This document shows, piece by piece, positions 41,991-53,485 of a stretch of DNA of 64,000 nucleotides. The position numbers and the translations under genes were made by a program. The notes below the pieces were generated by a model. It was not told the origin of the DNA. It made no database searches and was given only the letters and a program-made list of their open reading frames with translations. Origin of the DNA: the human T2T-CHM13v2.0 reference genome, Homo sapiens. Location of the stretch: NCBI RefSeq assembly GCF_009914755.1, contig NC_060931.1, one strand, 5' to 3'. Numbering within the stretch: the stretch's first letter is position 1; the number at the start of each line of letters is the position of its first letter.

Positions 41991-43003
41991 CCCATTTTCA
42001 CCTGAAAACAGAAATGTTTTAACCCCCATCATTTCATCCCCTCCAAAATCCATAAAAAGAGAAGCCCAGCTTGCCAACTTGATTTCTGCCTTCCAGTGAT
42101 TGTTGAGCTGCCACTGCCAGATAAATCCTGAATAACTTGAACTGCCAGATGTTGAGAAACTTTTATCTGGGAAAGTGAGTAAGCAGAGGAAGATTATAAG
42201 CCATTTAATGTGGGCATAGTTACTGGCAAGATAGAAATTAAGCTGAGGTAGAACAGGTGGCTATTATAGAGGCATAATAATTAATGGGAGAAAAAGCATT
42301 AAAAAGTCAATTTAGGTATAAGAACTCTAAAGGGCTAAAGACCACACTCTCAAAACATCTCTGGAACTAACAAACGCAATTCCTAACTATAAAGAATTAA
42401 TAGAGAAATTGAAAATGAGACCAATTCTCATTAAAAGATCACTCTATTAGGTATATGACTATATCATATAAACATAAACTGAGTCTCAATATTTAAACAT
42501 CCTCCAATGCTTTTAATGATTTTTGGTTTTATAGTTTCCATTATTGCTACTGGGTAACAAGTCTGAAATTCCACAACGCATTTCCAGAAAGCTCACCATG
42601 AAGCCATTATTGATGTATAAACTATTTTTATTGTGAACTAGAGAAGAACTTGTGGTGTGTCAGTTGCTCAAAATAATTACAAACATCTGCCACCCAAAAT
42701 TTGAAAATCTTCTATTAATATATATAGTGTTTTAAAAAAGGAGATGTTAACATTTTTAAATTAACTATACAAAATTGCTTTTAGATTTTTTTAAAAAATA
42801 TCAATTCAAATCAGTTTCTGAATTTGTGAATTTGTATCTTGGAAAATATGTATTTAAAAAGCAAAAGCAGGAAAAAAGTTCTATTAACAAGTATTTTTAA
42901 GAGCATATTTGAGATTTACCAATACTCGATTATACATATTAATATTTTTATTTGTTTTGTATCTTAAGACACTAAGATAGCTGTTAAAAATTTGAGGCTT
43001 ATA

Positions 43004-43311
43004 GGCCGGGCCCGGTGGCTTATGCCTGTAATCCCAGCAATTTGGGAGGCTGAGGTGGGCAGATCATTTGAGGTCAGGAGTTTAAGACCAGCCTGGCCAA
43101 CATGGTGAAACCCCTTCTCTACTAAAAATACAAAAATTAGCTGGGCATGGTGGCAGGCGCCTGTAATCCAAGCTACTCAGGAGGCTGAGGCAGGAGAATC
43201 ACTTAAACCCAGGACGTGGAAGTTGCAGTGAGCCGGAATCATGCCACTGCACTCCAGCCTGGGCGACAAAGCGAGACTCCATCTCAAGACAAAATAATAA
43301 TAATAATAATA
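43004..43311 (+). mobile_element. AluSx-type SINE with (AAT)n tail
   Basis: Full dimer; TSD ttgaggcttata / ttgaggcatata. Confidence 0.95.
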
Positions 43312-43727
43312 ATTGAGGCATATAAAGCAAAATAAACAATAACAAAAACATGGAACTGTCATATTTCAAAAGCATTTTTCAAAAGTAATTTTCATTGTCT
43401 GTATAGGAAAATTTGACTTTTCAGACAGTTTTTATTTCTTTTGCATTACTCTCATTCTAAACATAATGCTCAAATTGAAAATCCATTTTTGGCAGAGTAG
43501 CTTAGAATTCCCAAAGTTACATTTTCTGGCCAAAGAAGCAAAATAAGTCTGAACACAGTTTTTAAAACTACCAACAGAAATCCTTTAAAAATATTTTACA
43601 TATGTAACTTGGTAAAAAAGGTCTGCAGATATTTTACTAGGAAATAAAATGATGTTGTCTTTAGAAACTACTCTAGTAAATGAAAATCTTCTTCAGTGTA
43701 CTAAACTAAGCCAGCATGCTATCATTC

Positions 43728-43768
43728 TAAAACAAAACAAAACAAAACAAAACAAAACAAAACAAAAC
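43728..43768. repeat. (AAAAC)n microsatellite
   Basis: ~8 perfect units. Confidence 0.97.
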
Positions 43769-44412
43769 ACAAGTGCCTAAATCTTTTCCACTGTCTCCTT
43801 TGGCCTAAAGTATAATGTCTAGCTCCAATTAAGTGCCATTTGGGAGAAAAGTTGAACAGCTAACTCCAGGGATGTTCTGATTTTAGTTTCTGAGGAATAT
43901 AATACTTTTTATTGGGAATAAAATACATTTTTTTTCACAAGAGCTTTAGGATGTCTTTTCAAATTCTTAAAATACCTGAAAAATATATACTTAAAAATAT
44001 ATTTATCTGTTTTAGGTATTTCAAAAAATACGTGAGTAACTGAGGTATTAGAAAATGTTAGGGCAAAAAAAATGCCTAAATAAAACCATTTAAACTATTT
44101 GGAAGTCCGCCAAGTGGGTTACACAAATAACTCCTAGAGATTTTAATAATAATCAAGTTACAATCAAAAGATGGAAAAGAGATGTTACCAATAATCTAGA
44201 AAATCTTTTTCTAAGTACTTTCTAATAAGCATAACTTACTATACTGTGGGGTTCCAGTGTAAATCCATGACACTTTCAGTGGTGAAATCAGAAACAAATA
44301 CAGATATATCACCAACGGAAAATGAAACATTTCTAACACTCATAGGATTTGCTTACCCTGTCAATTCTTTCTCCACTCCCTTTGAAGAACAACTGAGAAG
44401 AGAATTGCTATA

Positions 44413-44719
44413 TGATAGGTTAGGTTCCAGGGGAGTCAGTGAGTGAGGGGCAGGCAGCTGAAAGAACACTCAAGAGACCACAGGTAGGTGGGCAGTGGCT
44501 TTATTCAGCAGCAGCTCACTCATACTTGGTGCTTCATTTACGCATCTTACAAACAATAGTGGCCAAGAGCTAGGTAATGAGCCCTCCCATGTTATGGCTA
44601 CATAGCTGTGATTATGTAATGCATGGGATTGTGCGTCTGCGCTCCAAACCCGCTGTGCCATGCTATGCCAGATGTGTACCTTGGTCTATACTTGACTGCA
44701 GTGCAGCCATCTCCTTACA
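44413..44719 (-). mobile_element. LTR18-type (HERVL18) solo LTR
   Basis: Minus strand begins tgtaaggagatggctgcactgcagtcaag...gggtttggagcgcagacgcac; AATAAA on the minus strand near 44500; TG...CA ends. Confidence 0.75.
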
Positions 44720-46736
44720 GATATCTTAGCAGAGGTTGAGAGCTGCCAGTATTTAGCACTATGAATTATCAACATTTTATTAGCTGAGAAACATTGAAGA
44801 CCCTTGGCTTTTACAAAGCAATTAAGTGGCAGTGTTTGAAATAGATTTTAAATTTGTCTGGCTTGAACGTTCAAAATGTTCTCCAAACTGTCTGAAATAT
44901 CAAAAAGTTATTTGATAGCTGAGGATGCACTGAAACATTTTCAGAACTAACTATTGCAAGTTAGCACATGGGACATTTCCAAATCCATATCATGTGCTAT
45001 TGTGCTGATACAATCATATCTTGTTCTCAAGCTTTTGTTTGTGCAACCCAGGAATTATCAAAGGGCATAACTTTTCTAATTTAATTCAGAGAGCATTTTG
45101 GCAATTTGATTCACCATTTTCTATAAAGATCGGGGGTGATAAAATTCATCTTGCTTCCGGAGGAATATGAGAGCTTCGAACTGTAATCTTAAAAAAAAAA
45201 AAAAAAAAAAGAGTTTGGGAATTATTGAGAGAGAATATTTTCCCAGATTTTTGTCTCCATTAAATATTAATCATTTTTATTAATTGCTAGAATGTTGAAA
45301 ACATTGAATTTAATTTTAGCCCATCCTTTTCTATTTTGCATGAGAAATGCTTTAATTTAAAAGTGATACAAAAGAATTATAGAACTTCAATGGAAACACC
45401 TAAATAAAAATATTGAGGCACTAGTCCTCTTTCAGAATTTATCAGGCTGTTCATGTTTATGCAGACTAAGTTTACACAAAGCTCTAGATGAATCAATTCT
45501 ATCAAAAACATGTTTGCTTTGCTCTAAAAAAAATGAAAGCAATATAATACACATCTTCAAGACACACTGCTATTTCTACATTTAAAAATTGCCGCATTTA
45601 GTAAGGGGACAAAAAAAAAAGACAAAAAGATATAGAAAAAAAATACAAACCAAAGGAAAATCCCCGATCCTCAATTTGGCATAGACAAAGAGCTTTTAAA
45701 CTTGTTTGGGGATATTACATCCATTCATTACTGCAAAATAAAATTGGTTCTTTAGACAAAATGAATTGTGCTCAAAGGCTTGACAATCCTACTTAACATA
45801 ATGAAAAACTGCTTATTAAACCAGTTGTGGTCCTCCCCAAAGAACTGAGATGAATATGAAGTCTTAAATATTTATTTCCCATACTGAAGATAGGGAAACA
45901 AGGCACTTACTGGTCATAGCCCAAATCGATCCTGTTTCTGAGCTCAGTGTAAATGAGCTAAAATATAATTAACAGGTAGTAAATATTCCACAGAAGCTAC
46001 TGGGGTGTAAGACACAGATATGGAAAGAGAATAGGACACCTGCCCATGGAGACAGAAGGTTTAAATCAACAGAACATATGCTCCAGTGAAATATTAGTTT
46101 CAAATATTATTGTAAACTCTCAGCAAGCCAAATGATCCGTTCTGTAATACTGCATTACTGCATTATTGCATTATAATATGAAGAAAATAGCACTTAGAAA
46201 GAATAAAGTTTTCCAACTTCTTTAAAGACCAAGCGTTTATACTTTAACATTTTTACTTTATACTTTTGATTAAAATTAGACTTGGCAGAGTGAGAGAAGG
46301 GAAATTGAAGGTCTGCCTGTTTGTGTGGCTGGGCCAATGAAAAACGTGAAAAGGTCCACAGGGTACCGAGGGATGGTGGAGCCCACCTGCAGGAGCTCAG
46401 ATAATTTTTATTCTCCTTGTTTAAAAATACGCATGTATGCACATGCACACATACCTGGTTTCCTGGGTATCATTTGGATATAGGCCAGTGTTTGCTCTTA
46501 AGAAAACTCTTCCTTTCATTCCTTCCACAAACTTTTATTGAATTCGTAAATGTGCAAGACATAATGTTCAGGGAAAATTAGATACAATGTTCCATTCATA
46601 ATCCCAGAGTTAGAAGATTTATACTCTTAAATCTGGTTAAAAAACATATTTTCTAACTACTGACATTCCAATATTTAGAGGAAGAAGTTGGCCACTCAAA
46701 CTATTTCACAGATTTCTATGACGTTTCCTATGGCAT

Positions 46737-47815
46737 TTATTTATTTATTTTTAATTTATCAAATTTGTTTATTAAAAATATCTATTGTTATAGAAGAATA
46801 TAAATAGTCAATAATAAAACTTTCTTTCTAAGCATACTTTCCACTTTATCCTACAATAAACCTATTAATCTTTTTAACAAAATAATTTTCAATGACTATG
46901 TACTGAAGTCAAAACATGATGTTTTAACTCATAGTTCTTGGGAATATAAGTCTAGAAACAACATTGCTATTGAGTACTCAAAGCGTTATTGAGAAAATCA
47001 TGTATTTTCAAAGTATAATACAATAATTTTTAGAAAATAAAGGATAAACTGTCCACTTATTAATATATAAAAACATTTATAGACCATTGTCTTAAGAAAT
47101 GCAGTGTGATGATATTTCAATTTGAGTAAAAAATGAGGCTCTCAATTACAGCATTTCTTTCACTGCTAATGAGAGAGAATCTAATCTTTCTATGAAGAGA
47201 GAGAAAGTCTCACATTTCCTAGTGTGTTCCAGGATCTCCTGTATTCTTTACATTTGGAGGAATCAACCATGAAGGAGTTGGCCACGGTGTCAGCATGTGA
47301 AGGCAGAGGAACTCCAGCTCAGAGAGAGGCTTCCCTGGATCCACTTGCCTCAACGACCCTCTGATGGAATCCAGGTGGGAGAATGCAGCTGGGCAGCTTG
47401 GGAGGCTTGAATGGAGGGGAGGGAACAGTGCTGCTTTAAGACCCAGGCCCACTCCTGGGGAAGTGAGCAGAGGGCTTGGATCTTGTCTTCCTGGCAGGTT
47501 TGGCAGAGCTCTTTGTGCAGGTGTGACTCTCATGGCCTCTTCTAAGGACTACAGCATTGTTAGCATCTCTGCCAGCCTCCCTTGTTGTTGGGACAGTTTG
47601 AACCTCTCTTCTTTCAATTCTTGAACCAGGGCAGGGAACGCCTCCATCAGCTTTGCGTTGGGCTCTATCTTCACCTTTTTGTAAGCATCTAACTCCTTTT
47701 TGGCAGCACTAAACTTGTTAGTGAGTTGGCATTTCTCCTCCATCTGTGAATCTAGTGTTTCTGCAAGCTGTTTCTCACATATTACATATAGTCGATTCCT
47801 AACAGACTGAACAAG
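46737..47815 (-). pseudogene. Processed pseudogene/retrogene related to cTAGE5/MIA2 (TANGO1 family), internally shortened; copy A
   Basis: 47815->47219 translates LVQSVRNRLYVICEKQLAETLDSQMEEKCQLTNKFSAAKKE...ELKEERFKLSQQ...ML*SLEEA...IRGSLRQVD...PSWLIPP, against recalled cTAGE5 [73 protein letters not shown]; intronless; 3'UTR-like sequence then AATAAA (46773-46768) and an A-rich tail. Confidence 0.8.
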
Positions 47816-47817
47816 TC

Positions 47818-47900
47818 ATTCTGCAGGCTGGGAGGTCCAAGATCAAGATGCCAGCAGATACAGTGTCTGGTGAGGACCCACTTCCACATTCATAGAAGCT
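47818..47900 (-). mobile_element. MLT1A/MST-type MaLR LTR fragment abutting the cTAGE-like frame
   Basis: Minus strand tctatgaa...cctcaccagacactgtatctgctggcatcttgatcttggacctcccagcctgcagaat. Confidence 0.85.
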
Positions 47901-47949
47901 GTGAACTTCTGTCTTCTTGAATTTAAAAAATACGTCTCAGGAGAAACTG

Positions 47950-48510
47950 TAACAAATGAAAAAATACACTGTGAATTTTGGTGCAAATAGATGACGAATT
48001 GTTATGTAATTGATGATGGTGGGATTATATTTTGAACCAAGTGTAAATGACTTTAAAAGATCTCTGAAAAAAAAAAAAAACCGTGAAGCAGCATGATATT
48101 TCAAATTCCAGATGAGAGTATACCCACAGGGAGCTGTGAGGGCAGGATTCCAAGAAGCGGGAACACCAAGGAGGGCACAGAGGCTGAGCAGTGGGGGGAG
48201 CCTGAGGTCCAGGAGGTCATCATCTTGCTCCCAGGTTGCAACACAAGTATCTCTTGGTTTGGCTGCCTGCTCCTCACTTCGGTGCTGGGAGCTATGGACT
48301 CTAGAGCCTCTTGGGCTCCTACCAGGGGTTTTAGTAACTCCAAATGTAGAGGTTAAAATTTGGGACATCATATTAATTTCTGCTCAAGTCACTCATTCTC
48401 TGACTTCTCCATTAGTCTCCTTATCAGAACTGGAGATTTTTGAATGGATGCTCCAGATCTTCCCCTAGAAGTTTGTGTCTCTTCTCAACTCTGCTAGCAA
48501 CTCTGAAGTA
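47950..48510 (-). pseudogene. Second degraded cTAGE5/MIA2-like segment (end of coiled coil plus Pro-rich tail); copy B
   Basis: Frame-shifted pieces AELRRDTNF*GKI, ENE*LEQKLI*..KF, PGRSPRGSR, WEQD/KMM and LSSGI are collinear with recalled cTAGE5 EELERTIHSYQGQI, ENAHNRQKLTETELKF, PGGGGRGSRG, WDQDRRMM and PSGLI. Confidence 0.6.
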
Positions 48511-50707
48511 CTTAAAAATATTTTTACTTTGCTTTAATTCCTTTCATTGTTTGAAAACAAACATGTATCAGCATTTGAACAGAAATGTTCCTCTTTGTGA
48601 AATTCATCTTTGCAGAAAAGCAAAAAGTTCTGCTTATTAATTCTAAAAGAAGTTGAAGATGCCATTTGATAGAGTTTGCCCATTTTAGACAGGGGTTCCC
48701 AAAGTGATGCTTAACCATGTGTGAGTGTCTCCTCACTGATCTTTGCAGTACAGAACCTTCAATTCTTGGGACTTTAACTCATTTGAAATGAGAAAAATGA
48801 TAGAAAACAGTTCATGAAATATTATCTCTTGATAAACTTTTGCTTTAGTATTTCAGGCACAAATCACAATATGAGACTGAATGAGTATCTTTTTCTTCTT
48901 ACATGTCAATATTTAAGTTACTTATTTTCTATAAACATAGCTGAGGAAATCACATGTTACAACTAGTAGATGAACTAAAATAAAGCTTTATATTGGCATG
49001 GATTCAAAGCTTCAAAAATATTATACAGATTAAATTTATACAATTCAAGTTGCTAGATATAGGTTGTCAAAAATTAGATAAGGAAGGCTGTTACTAGGAA
49101 AATCAGAGTCTGAATCCCATTTCTTTTACAATATCATTGTGGTCTTAGGGAGTTTACTTACATTGTGACTATTTCCACTGCTATAAAATATGTAACATCT
49201 ACAACTTTTGAAAACTGGATAAGTTAGAATATGGAGAACCAAAATAATACAAGAAAAAATATGTATGCTCTCTGTATACAAACAGACCCAATTGGAAATT
49301 GAATTGCCAGCTAAAAAGAAAAACTTGAAATAATCGAATGAATGCAAAGAAAAACAGCAAACTAAAGGAGTCAGAGAGAAGATAATCTATATGGAGCTGA
49401 AATAGAGACAAACTGGTAGAAAGATAAATACAAGTGCAAACACATGAGGCAGACACATAAGTAGATAATACAATTTTGAGCACAATTTATATCTTCTCAT
49501 TGTATGAAAAAGTGAAATACATGGTTAAAAAAATGGTACTAATTAAACCCCATAAAGTTTTTCATTACATTAAAGGAATCTGTTAGGAAGCAATATCTTC
49601 TGAAATAAACTTTCTCTGAAATTCAGCATTTCTTCTCTTTAATTTTATCCTATTTAATTCTATTAATATAAATTTGTTACTTAAAAATATTAAAGAGTAC
49701 TATGTTTAATATTCTATTCATTTCTATCATATCTACATATTTTATTAATATACATCTCAAACAATATTGCCATGGTGTTAATAAGAGTTATTCTGAGTTG
49801 TTGCATTCTGAATGACTTTTACTTTTTTTTTCCCACTTAACTATATTGATTTAATTTCTTATAATTATCAAGCCTCATACCAGAGAAAGTTCTCATTCTT
49901 AAATAAATGAGGCTAGTTCACTAAAGAAAAAGATAAAAATTGATAATACTGTGTCTAACATATAGAAACCATTCTACATATGCAGATAATGGTAGTCTTG
50001 TGTAATGTCCAATTAAGCTATGTGACTAGCAATTTATCAATGTTTCTTAGTCATATAGCTAATACTAGATTTATGTGCTGGATTTATACCCTGCAAAATA
50101 TGAGGACAGAGAGCTGGTCATCTCTGTGTTGGGAAATTTGCAAAATGCTTATCACACTTTTTCATTGAGTGTGTATTTTACAAACAGGGGAGATCAAACA
50201 ATGGATGTGATCAAGAAACAAACAAATGGAGAATGAAGAAAGAGCAAAGAGACAAGAATAACAAAGATACAGCATAAGAATATGAATTGAGCTGTTTTTT
50301 CTAATGTACTTTGGACATATAAGAGGCATCTTCATCTCAGAAATTGACCTTGGACTTATCTAGCATATTATTCTTTTGTTGAACAACGTTAAACATCTGC
50401 TTACCAAATATTTGCTGCCATTCTAAAAACTTCTAAGCACTGTGCTCAATAGAAAACTGAAGTATTTCACAAAATCTATTCTCATAGTAGCTTTTTAAAA
50501 AAGATATTTCTGATTACATGTTCCACTTGTGCACCTGAGCACCTAGAGAAAGGAGACCTTGGGAGGACTATTTCTAACCAGCAACTGAAAACATCAACAT
50601 TCTTATTCCCATAACCACACTTACTTCAGTATAATAGGTGATTTCACCTTTCTTAGAAGATTGAGTTTATTGACTTGCCCAAATAATGTAATAATGGGGT
50701 AAGTGTG

Positions 50708-51037
50708 TGTATTAGTCCATTTTCATGCTGCTATGAAGACATACCTGAGACTGGGTAATTTATAAAGAAAAGAGGTTTAATTGGTTCACAGTTCTGCATG
50801 GCTAGGAATCCTCAGGAAACTTATAATCATGGTGGAAGATGAAACAGGCACATCTTACATGGTGACAGGTGAGAGAAGTTGAGGGAAGGGAGAAGCCCCT
50901 TATAAAACCATCATGAGAAGAGCTTGGGAGAAACCGCCTTGGTGATTCAATTATCTCCACCTGGTCTCTCCCTTGACACTTGGGGATTATTAAAATTTAA
51001 GGTGAGATTAGGGTGGGAACACAGCCAAACCATGTCA
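50708..51037 (-). mobile_element. THE1C/D MaLR solo LTR
   Basis: tgtattagtccattttcatgctgct...gggaacacagccaaaccatgtca; TSD gtgtg on both sides. Confidence 0.92.
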
Positions 51038-51596
51038 GTGTGGAAGAAAAAAGGAAAAAGGAAAGAGGAAAGATGAAAATGGAGAAGAAAATTATCATAA
51101 ATAAAACAGAAATACTGGGATAGAAGATATTCTGCAATGGGAACGGATTTCTGGTGAAAATGAACTTAAAAGCACACTATTCCCAGAACAGAAACCTAAT
51201 GTATTCAATACAATTTTTCCTGGGATTACAGCTATTCCTGCCCCACAAGCTATAACTTTAAAGACAAATGTGTGGGTGTTATCTTTTTTTCCTTTTGATT
51301 GTAATTCATTGTTTTTCTTATTTCTTCCCAGGCCTTACTCAGAAAGCACCCTGCGCTGGCATTTCATAAGTAAACAGAAGAAATGTCCTACTTGCAAAAC
51401 TCTGAATATAGCTGAATCCCTCAAGGGCATAGAGGTTTAAGCATACAGAAGTCAAAGGCAACCTTTTTGTTCTGTGAAGGTGCTGCCATTAGGCAGCTGA
51501 GGACCAGCTGTGGGACCAACAGTCTTGGGTTGGAGCCTTTTTGAGATAAAGGAAAGACAATACCTTGGACTTAAATAAGCAATTCTGCTTTCCAAG

Positions 51597-52108
51597 TGTT
51601 GGTAGGCAGAACAATGATCCCCCCAGAATATTCACATTTTGACTCCTGGACTTGTGAATATGTTATGTTAAATGGCCAATGGAAGAAAAGTTACATATGA
51701 AATTAAGGTTCCTAATTAACTGACTTTAAGGTAAGAATATTATGCCTGATTTACCTGTGGGCCCAATGTAACTGCAAGGGCCCTTAAACAAGGAAGAGGG
51801 AAGCAGAAGTGCCAGAACCAGAGGGATAGCATCATGAGAAGGATTTAACTGGCCATTGCTGGCTTTGAAGATGTAAGAGGGTCAAGAGACAAGAAATGTG
51901 AGTGACCTCTAGAAGCTGGAAAAGGCAAGTAAATGGATTCTCTCCGAGTGTCTGCAGAAAGAAAAGCAGCCTTTTCATCAACTTGATTGTCACTCTGTGA
52001 GACTGATTTTGGACTTCTGACTTCCAGGACCCTAAGATAACAAATTTGTGTTGTTTTTAGAACAAAGTTCCTGGTAATTTGTTACATCAATAATAAGAAA
52101 TGGACACA
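51597..52108 (+). mobile_element. MLT1D MaLR solo LTR
   Basis: tgttggtaggcagaacaatg...ctctagaagctggaaaaggcaag...ggtaatttgttaca; TSD ccaag / tcaag. Confidence 0.88.
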
Positions 52109-53254
52109 TCAAGAAAATTTAAAAAGGAGAAAAGAACAAATAAAAAGAGTAACATAAAGACTAGATGAGCACAGGGAACTCGCATGTGTGCACATTCCAC
52201 AAAAGAAGCTATAACGTGATTACAGAAAGGAAGTCATAATAAACAAATAAATGTATATTGGAAATATGGAAAGGAATACAGAGAACAATGCAATATAAGG
52301 ACAGACAAAGGCATCCAGCTATGATTTTTCTCTCTTTAGCAGTTTGAAAGACAGAAAATATTCTTTTCTTTTTTTCGGTTCTGCAGTTCTGAATTTTGAA
52401 AACTTTGCAAAAAATTAAGCATTCAATTCAAATGCCAAATAAGAAAACTTTTAGTGCAAATTCAAAGAAAAATAAAAATAGGTATCTCATAGTTTCAACA
52501 TATGTTCAAATCTTTCAAATTTGAGCGAGATAGGCAAGGTGCTTTAGGTTCCTTCGCTTCTCTCACTTCAAGCTATTTGTTAGTTAGAATGTTTGATTTT
52601 CTGATCCTCTGCCCAGAAAAATGTATTGCCAGTGGAAAGTATTGTCAATAAACAACCATAGAATTCTGCTTTAAATCGTTCTGATGCTTATAAGACACGA
52701 ATTCATTTTGCAGACATGCTTTTTCTGTTCACAATTGCAATTGAAAATTGCAGTGAGCTACTTAAAAGCAGAACCGTTGAATGGAACTTGTCTTATAACA
52801 GAACCAGTTTTAAATGGACAATTGTATACCTTAGAGCTGTCACCAGCCTTTAGCCTTGTACACAGCATACATGTAATCAGTTGCCATCATACATTGAAGA
52901 TAGTTAAGAATAGAGTTACTGAGCATCTATTGTCATCACAAAAATGTGAAAGCTACTAAGGCAAATATGTGAATATAAACACAATCCCTGGCCTCAAGGT
53001 ATTTAAAGTAAAATTGTTCTAACTACAATAAAATTCAGCACAGATATAATTTTACAGGTTGTGATGTTGAAATAAATTGAAAAGAAGAAATGGTAATACT
53101 TTGTTACATACTGTTTGGAAACATTCTGTAAAATTCTGGTTGTTGCATGTGGTGGCTTTACCACCTCTAAAGACTTACTTAGAAAATAAAAATAAATATA
53201 TTCTAGAAAATACCACATTATAACTGTGGTATAATACCACACTATAATATTTAA

Positions 53255-53485
53255 AAGAATTAACTTTGGTCAGAGACGGTGAAATTCCAATCCTGACTGT
53301 CACCAGATGAGTGATTCAGTGCAAGTTACTCAGCCTCCCAAACCTCAGTTTCCTCAAATGTGAAACAACGTTCTTTGACAATACTTGTCTCAGAGGTTTG
53401 TTGTGAACATTGCTTGAGGTAATGCATATAAAGCAGTTGTCACACTTTACATCCTTTCACATATTAGGTGCTCAGCAAATACTTG
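53255..53485 (+). mobile_element. MIR SINE
   Basis: gcaagttactcagcctcccaaacctcagtttcctcaaatgtgaaa...ttgttgtgaacatt...taggtgctcagcaaat. Confidence 0.85.

Noticed and set aside
45191-45210. Isolated A20 run as a possible retrocopy tail
   Set aside because: No upstream polyA signal, TSD or recognisable source sequence
46715-47940. Candidate TSD for retrocopy A (aaattcaagaagac vs aaatgccataggaaac on the minus strand)
   Set aside because: Too many mismatches to distinguish from chance
47364-48468. Plus-strand ORFs 47364..47624, 48093..48356 and 48112..48468
   Set aside because: Antisense shadows of the GC-richer cTAGE-like segments with no recognisable homology
51305-51380. Polypyrimidine tract plus AG at 51331 (possible exon)
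   Set aside because: No convincing downstream donor or coding signal
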